40,000 nt of DNA from Hafnia phage vB_HpaM_Meifeng, in the sequence record MW749008.1; one strand, written 5' to 3'. The translations under genes and the position numbers were made by a program. Numbering within the stretch: the stretch's first letter is position 1; every line of letters begins with the position of its first letter. Under the pieces are notes generated by a model. The model saw nothing but the letters and a program-made list of their open reading frames with translations. It ran no database searches and had not been told where the DNA came from. Positions 34,959 to 40,000 of the stretch are shown here, one piece after another.

Positions 34959-35300
34959 TCAGGGGTACTGAACCAACCCGTAATCTGTATTAGCAGTAAA
35001 ATCGATACTTAGTTTACGGTTCTCGCGCTCAAACTTGTAAGAGAACTCGACAATTCCTGTAACACCATCTACAGCTAGAATCTCTGCTCTTATCGCTGAT
35101 AGCGCTCCATTAAGTGTAACTTGCTTGCCAAGCACGTCCTGCAAATATGGTGTGCCGAATTCACTATCAAGAAACCATTCCCCTCGCCACAGGTTGAGCC
35201 TGAACTCAATCTGCTGCCTGACACGCTCGGCACCATCCACAAACTGTAAAAGGCCATTAGTGAATACAATTTTGTTGTCGGTTATTCTGAAATCGATCAT
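34959..35300 (-). CDS. gp25/W-like (DUF2634-type) baseplate protein
   Basis: QFVDGAERVRQQIEFRLNLWRGEWFLDSEFGTPYLQDVLGK. Confidence 0.75.
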   Translation of the reverse strand: MIDFRITDNKIVFTNGLLQFVDGAERVRQQIEFRLNLWRGEWFLDSEFGTPYLQDVLGKQVTLNGALSAIRAEILAVDGVTGIVEFSYKFERENRKLSIDFTANTDYGLVQYP

Positions 35301-36007
35301 TAGTTTTCTGGCCCCCCTGTTGTTCCACCGCTATCCCCTGGGTGTTTATGTGTGGCAATCTTGATGCCATTAATCACTACATCGCCAGTTACATTCATAG
35401 TCCCAGTAATACTTGCCACTGAACCAACTCCGCCAGAACCGGTCATTCCACCTTGATATGTGAACATATTTTCAACGGTCATTTGTCCCTTAACCGTATG
35501 GAGAGGAGTGGTCTCCTCTACTCCGCCCGGCGCATTTATCGTTATTTTTCCATTGGCATCTATAGCTATAAATGCATCACCATGATACATGCGCATATCG
35601 TCATTACCCGGAACCGCATCACTATAGCCAGCTCCCGGTATTACGTAAGAATCGATTATGTCGAAACGGCGAGTATCATCACTACCATCTATTGCTTGCT
35701 GACAAACAATCAAAAAACACTGGTCACCGGCCATGACAGGCCCCTTAATGCCAGCTTGACCACCGGCGAATTGTGGCCAGATCATTCGAAGGTCGCTTAA
35801 GATTGGGTAAGCGTTCGTATCACCATCTGAGTATATTTTATCCCCATCTGGCTTTACGGTTACCCTTCCAGCGTTATAACTAACAACTGTACACGGCAAT
35901 GCAGTGTTAACCGTGTCCATTTCAGTGCTTACGAGCCGCCTTAACGCTTCAACCACATCACTGTTATCAGCCATTAAATGAACCTCAATAGAGCCTCTAC
36001 GCTCCAT
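35300..36007 (-). CDS. Gp138-type baseplate spike protein
   Basis: N-terminal OB-like region (PCTVVSYNAGRVTVKP) and C-terminal GVGSVASITGTMNVTGDVVINGIKIATHKHPGDSGGTTGGPEN. Confidence 0.8.
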   Translation of the reverse strand: MERRGSIEVHLMADNSDVVEALRRLVSTEMDTVNTALPCTVVSYNAGRVTVKPDGDKIYSDGDTNAYPILSDLRMIWPQFAGGQAGIKGPVMAGDQCFLIVCQQAIDGSDDTRRFDIIDSYVIPGAGYSDAVPGNDDMRMYHGDAFIAIDANGKITINAPGGVEETTPLHTVKGQMTVENMFTYQGGMTGSGGVGSVASITGTMNVTGDVVINGIKIATHKHPGDSGGTTGGPEN

Positions 36008-36909
36008 TCCTGCCCATGTGTATCACCACTATAACGAGCCTCTTCCACACGAAAGAACTCACCATCAATCCCGCGCGATTTCACCTGCACATAAGCGCCC
36101 GGATAAATCGCCGGATTAAGTAGTGATTTCACCCTGTAGCCCTGCACCTCAAGCGTCACCCTGTCCTTCAACTTCGCGGTGGGGTCTTCGACATCAACAA
36201 CGGTACGCACAATCCCTTTCTGACCGTACTTAATCCCCTGCTTGGCTGCAGTCTTCTCGGTCATCGTCTTTGCTTCGCGTCGTGGGTATCCAATCATCCC
36301 AGTGTCTTTCGACAGAACAACCGCCGTATCTGCGTAAACTCCACCCTTCTTGATGATCTGAATTTCCCCATCCTGTGCGCTCCACTCAAGCCCAAGATAA
36401 TTACAAACCCTATCCATAGCATCACGCACCCTGCCGTTATAGGCGAATCCTCCTACATACTGCTTATCCTGTACCTTGCTAATGCTTTTCTTAATTGGTA
36501 AGCCAAAGTTTTTGGCAACGCCATCAAGTACCGTCATCGCAGAGGTGTTTGGGGGGAATGAAACACTGATCTTCGCGTCACGAAGAGGAATAATGCTATC
36601 TAGAAGCTCCATTTCTGTAATGGTGTCTGGACCGTCCTGATAGGTTAGGCTGCGGCAATTGGTTCCCGTGAATATGGTAATTGCCCCAATATCTTTTACG
36701 TAGCCAGCTTTGATGATGACGATATTATTAATCGTCTCTAGCATGGTGATCGTGCTTGGAGCTGCATTGTAGATTTTAAGAGAGGCTTGATTGGCTGTTT
36801 TGCTGGCTGTTTTTGTGATGTCGAACTCGAATCTCAGGTCTTTAATGCTTACCGCATCGCCTTGTGGCTGACCAACAACTATCTCACCCGTTCGTAGAAA
36901 TAAACTCAT
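35974..36909 (-). CDS. Baseplate hub-like tail protein
   Basis: 311 aa, between small DUF proteins and the spike gene; VPF-like domains by order and composition. Confidence 0.65.
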   Translation of the reverse strand: MSLFLRTGEIVVGQPQGDAVSIKDLRFEFDITKTASKTANQASLKIYNAAPSTITMLETINNIVIIKAGYVKDIGAITIFTGTNCRSLTYQDGPDTITEMELLDSIIPLRDAKISVSFPPNTSAMTVLDGVAKNFGLPIKKSISKVQDKQYVGGFAYNGRVRDAMDRVCNYLGLEWSAQDGEIQIIKKGGVYADTAVVLSKDTGMIGYPRREAKTMTEKTAAKQGIKYGQKGIVRTVVDVEDPTAKLKDRVTLEVQGYRVKSLLNPAIYPGAYVQVKSRGIDGEFFRVEEARYSGDTHGQEWSVEALLRFI

Positions 36910-37225
36910 TTATCTCTTCCTTAGAGGCATAGAGCAAAAGGTGATCTCCACCAATGGAGTCAATATCTGGTCTGGTTTTCTCGCCATAGGTACGAATGAA
37001 ATACAGATCGCCAGTAAAGTTATCTAGGCTGAAGTTCTTTAGTAAAGGGTAATTCTGAATAAGCTTTACTCCAGTTATGATGGGAACAGATTCACGATCA
37101 TAAATACCTAAGGACCAGAATCCGAACCTCTCATTCCATCGCAACCTTAGAGATACAGGAGTGTCATCAAACACAGCCTGAAGTGTCTGGTCAGTAAATC
37201 CTGCTTGAAAGTTTAATGGGGTCAT
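36884..37225 (-). CDS. Small tail/baseplate protein
   Basis: 113 aa; QTLQAVFDDTPVSLRLRWNERFGFWSLGIYDRE; conserved position. Confidence 0.65.
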   Translation of the reverse strand: MTPLNFQAGFTDQTLQAVFDDTPVSLRLRWNERFGFWSLGIYDRESVPIITGVKLIQNYPLLKNFSLDNFTGDLYFIRTYGEKTRPDIDSIGGDHLLLYASKEEINEFISTNG

Positions 37226-37935
37226 TACGTAACACCGCCTATAATTTTACCTAGATAATCACCCAGCTTTCCGCTAGCCCCTGATAAGCCATCAGATGCC
37301 TGTTTGAGAATTGAACCAGTATTTTTACCGTTATCCTTAGTGGGAGTCGCTCGATTCGCTGTTGCCGGATCTGATGAGTTGGATGTTCCCGCTTTAGAAG
37401 CCCCAGACGTCCCACTATCCGATTTTTTTACTCCAACTCCGGGTGGAAGTTCAGTGGTTGCAGTGCTAACGATATTGCATTGAACGGCATCTATAGTGAA
37501 GTTAACCGCATCCCCATCGCCAGCCCTACGAGGTATATTTATTGCTTGAAGAAGCATGTTCTCGTAGGTGTAATTTTTGGTATAGATGGTGACTAATTCG
37601 TTTGATTGGTAAAGAGAATCCAGTAGCTTGATTGCCGTATTAACCCTATCCTCGCCTGAAAACCCGCTAGCTAAGGCATTTGATAGCTGTGTTAAAACAC
37701 CGGTTACCGGCGCATTGCTGATCATGCCCGCAACCGTGAGCTTTCTTGGCTGCCTGATAATATGGTCAGATATCGGTGAACCATTCTCTACAGGGTTCAT
37801 TGTGACATCACGATTCCACTCGTGTGTCTCCTGATCTAAGGTGTCAAATTCTAGATTGCCGATAGATGGGTCATTAAGTCGGAATGTACTGTCGCCCGAT
37901 GTATTCCATAGAAAGCCAAGCACATCAGTCGCCAT
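37225..37935 (-). CDS. Tail/baseplate protein downstream of tape measure
   Basis: 236 aa; operonic location between TMP and baseplate genes. Confidence 0.65.
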   Translation of the reverse strand: MATDVLGFLWNTSGDSTFRLNDPSIGNLEFDTLDQETHEWNRDVTMNPVENGSPISDHIIRQPRKLTVAGMISNAPVTGVLTQLSNALASGFSGEDRVNTAIKLLDSLYQSNELVTIYTKNYTYENMLLQAINIPRRAGDGDAVNFTIDAVQCNIVSTATTELPPGVGVKKSDSGTSGASKAGTSNSSDPATANRATPTKDNGKNTGSILKQASDGLSGASGKLGDYLGKIIGGVT

Positions 37936-37936
37936 G

Positions 37937-39448
37937 CTAGCCCCCTGTATTAAAGTTAAGAGTGTTGCCTAGCGCGTTCCAGCCAACATCATTAAAAGTG
38001 CTCTGAGCGCTATCACGCAAGAATTGAGCTTGCTCCTCTGATGTGCCAGCAGGAACAGAAATATTGCCAATATGTACATCAACCCTTGGGCCATACATCG
38101 AAGAGGATTGAGGGGATGACAGAGACTGATAACTTGGTAGCAAACTGCCTGTATCCGAACTGTATTTCGATGCTCCAGAAAGAACATCTGACCATGTTTT
38201 AGATGCATCAAAAGAACCAATTTTCTCTTTTAACCACGGCCCAAACTTAGTCGTACCGAGTTTATCCCCCCACTCCTTCACAGTGTCCTGACTGGAATTG
38301 AAGAAATCTGCCAAACTATTAAGGGTATTCAAAGCCCAGACAGCCATGTCTTTCATATCAGTCAAGGCTACCTTCAGTGAGTTAATAGCATCCGTATATT
38401 CTGTTACTGGACCTATCATGTCGCCTAGCAAAGACGGGCTACCACTCAGCCAACTATTAACATCCTCACCAACCAGAAAGAGCGCGGCTAACGCAGCAAT
38501 AATTAAGAAAACCGGGCTAGTTAACGCAGTAAATGCAGCTGAGAGAAGATAAACAGCACCGACCAATCCAGCCGCACCTAACGCGACACCAAGTATCTTT
38601 ACAGCGTTCTCAGCACCACCAAGCGCCTCAGTCACAACATCCAGAGAGTATTCAACCTTGTCAGCAAGCCATAGAAACTTACTCGCTATCCAAGAAATCG
38701 CTGTTGTACTGCGGTTCAACCGGTGAATAAACATATCCCACCGATTACCAATGATCTCCATAGCTTGATGGACTGTCATTGGCATTGAGGAAAATTCCTT
38801 TTTAACTTCCCCAGACATATTTCTTAGCGCGTTAACGATTTTATCTGCGCCTATTCCACCGCCATTACCTTGAGTGGCTTTCACCATTTCATTCAGTGTC
38901 ATGCCTAATGACTTGGCCAGTCGTGATGCGAATGCATCCGAGTTTTGCATAATGATACGCATATCAGCCCACTGCAGTTTCCCCACTGCGATGGCCTGAG
39001 TTAACTGCATCATGACGCTGGTTGTTTGCTGAGTGTTTGCACCTGCCAGCTGCAATCCCATTGCCACTGAGTCAGTAACATTAAGCAGATCTTGTTCAGA
39101 CTTGATTAACTCATGTGTCGCTGCACCAATTCCCGTGTAAGCCTCTGCATACGACTCGATATTTACACGAGCGTCACTAGCATGCTTTGACAGGTTTTCT
39201 ATGGCCTCTGCGCCACCGTTCGTTGAAGTGATCATCTGACCGAGACGAAACTCTAGTGATTGCATCTCATCAGCAACGTCAATGATGGATTTAAGGCTAA
39301 ACCCAGCAAGAGCACCAGCAATAGCACCGCCTAGCCCTCTGAATCCCTCCGTAACCTTTTTGACCTTATCATCAACTTTATCAAGACTTCTGCCTGTGGC
39401 CTCGCTCCCTGTCAGCCCAAGCCGAATCAATAGCTCTCTTATTACCAT
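37937..39448 (-). CDS. Tail tape measure protein
   Basis: 503 aa with multiple hydrophobic segments, LDKVDDKVKKVTEGFRGLGGAIAGALAGFSLKSIIDVADEM and LQSLEFRLGQM; conserved position. Confidence 0.9.
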   Translation of the reverse strand: MVIRELLIRLGLTGSEATGRSLDKVDDKVKKVTEGFRGLGGAIAGALAGFSLKSIIDVADEMQSLEFRLGQMITSTNGGAEAIENLSKHASDARVNIESYAEAYTGIGAATHELIKSEQDLLNVTDSVAMGLQLAGANTQQTTSVMMQLTQAIAVGKLQWADMRIIMQNSDAFASRLAKSLGMTLNEMVKATQGNGGGIGADKIVNALRNMSGEVKKEFSSMPMTVHQAMEIIGNRWDMFIHRLNRSTTAISWIASKFLWLADKVEYSLDVVTEALGGAENAVKILGVALGAAGLVGAVYLLSAAFTALTSPVFLIIAALAALFLVGEDVNSWLSGSPSLLGDMIGPVTEYTDAINSLKVALTDMKDMAVWALNTLNSLADFFNSSQDTVKEWGDKLGTTKFGPWLKEKIGSFDASKTWSDVLSGASKYSSDTGSLLPSYQSLSSPQSSSMYGPRVDVHIGNISVPAGTSEEQAQFLRDSAQSTFNDVGWNALGNTLNFNTGG

Positions 39449-39702
39449 CTACTTCTCCGGTGGCATGTTCAGATAATCGGTCATCTCTATCAGAGCGTTG
39501 AGTTTTAACAGGTCTTCGCATGTCACGGCTCCCGACTTAACCTCAGAAACCGTACACATGTTCCTTAAAATAGGCTTCCATACCCAAAGCTCATTCTCGA
39601 CGTCGTCCCTTAGCTTCCCTGACTCGCGCCTTTCGTTAGTGCTTGAACTCGGCTTGCCAGTTCTTCTGGGCTTAACCCAAACAGGGTGAGTACTTTCGTG
39701 AA
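39449..39702 (-). CDS. Tail assembly chaperone frameshift extension (ORF B); the track GTG start at 39739 looks nominal
   Basis: Overlaps the upstream ORF in the -1 frame; fusion predicted at TTTTTTC (39700-39706). Confidence 0.7.
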
Positions 39703-39990
39703 AAAAGGGGTGAAGTTTAGCTTCATCACCTCCCAGCACAGCTCAAAGAAATCGAATAACGTGTCTACTGTGAACACAAAGTTAATCGCGTTAGGGCTAT
39801 CAATTTTCTTCTCATCGCTCACACTGATAACGGATGAGTCTCGTAGAATTGGGATGATCACCTCTTCCAGCGTCTTTTCATCAATGCCGGCTAGCAACTG
39901 AATGGCGTTTGCATCACCACCTGAAGCCAGACCTTTATCTAGAAGTGTCTTAAGTTTTACTAGATGCTTGGCGGCGGCGAAAGCATTCAT
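39610..39990 (-). CDS. Tail assembly chaperone (ORF A)
   Basis: 126 aa immediately upstream of the tape measure region, with an overlapping -1 frame ORF and slippery heptamer, as in lambda G/GT. Confidence 0.75.
   Translation of the reverse strand: MNAFAAAKHLVKLKTLLDKGLASGGDANAIQLLAGIDEKTLEEVIIPILRDSSVISVSDEKKIDSPNAINFVFTVDTLFDFFELCWEVMKLNFTPFFTKVLTLFGLSPEELASRVQALTKGASQGS
39700..39706 (-). promoter_or_regulatory. -1 programmed ribosomal frameshift slippery heptamer T_TTT_TTC
   Basis: Minus strand ...ACC CCT TTT TTC ACG... in the zero frame of ORF A; the -1 frame opens into ORF B. Confidence 0.75.
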
Positions 39991-40000
39991 CTTCGCGGCC

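Noticed and set aside
1-40000. CRISPR arrays, retrons, diversity-generating retroelements, toxin-antitoxin pairs or IS elements
   Set aside because: No regularly spaced repeats, reverse transcriptase, transposase, or convincing TA pair was seen in the sequence or ORF track.

Overview
The window is almost entirely a temperate, lambdoid-organised phage with a contractile (myovirus-type) tail. Minus strand from the left edge: terL, terS, a Rha-like regulator, Rz/Rz1, GH19 endolysin, holin, two tRNAs (Thr-TGT, Arg-TCT), a late regulator (Q position), a nin-like region (ninH, ninG, ninB and many small ORFs), lambda-type P and O with four 21-bp iterons inside O, cII and cro. A three-operator region separates cro from cI (plus strand). 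A second operator cluster and boxA precede N. A long early left operon follows (coiled-coil protein, HNH/AP2 endonuclease, Sak4-like ATPase, DUF669/SSB-like protein, Ea22-like proteins, a ClpX-zinc-finger-like protein, Dam, Xis, Int). Beyond int lie a C4-type antisense RNA with a downstream antirepressor-like ORF, a secreted-protein moron and a gtrA/gtrB/gtr serotype-conversion cassette. The window ends with a minus-strand tail module (spike, fiber, baseplate, tape measure, tail chaperones). int adjoins the tail end and terL lies at the opposite side, so this is probably a circular or permuted phage genome (or a tandem or episomal element), not one linear integrated prophage. I see no wholly new multi-gene system. 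The most interesting items are: (1) a fully formed C4-like RNA with complementarity near the antirepressor start; (2) a TTTTTTC -1 frameshift site in the tail chaperone gene; (3) a stand-alone ClpX N-terminal zinc-domain look-alike; (4) GATC sites and a 12-bp perfect inverted repeat upstream of gtrA in a phage that encodes its own Dam; (5) an uncharacterised secreted moron; (6) several small ORFs missing from the ORF track.
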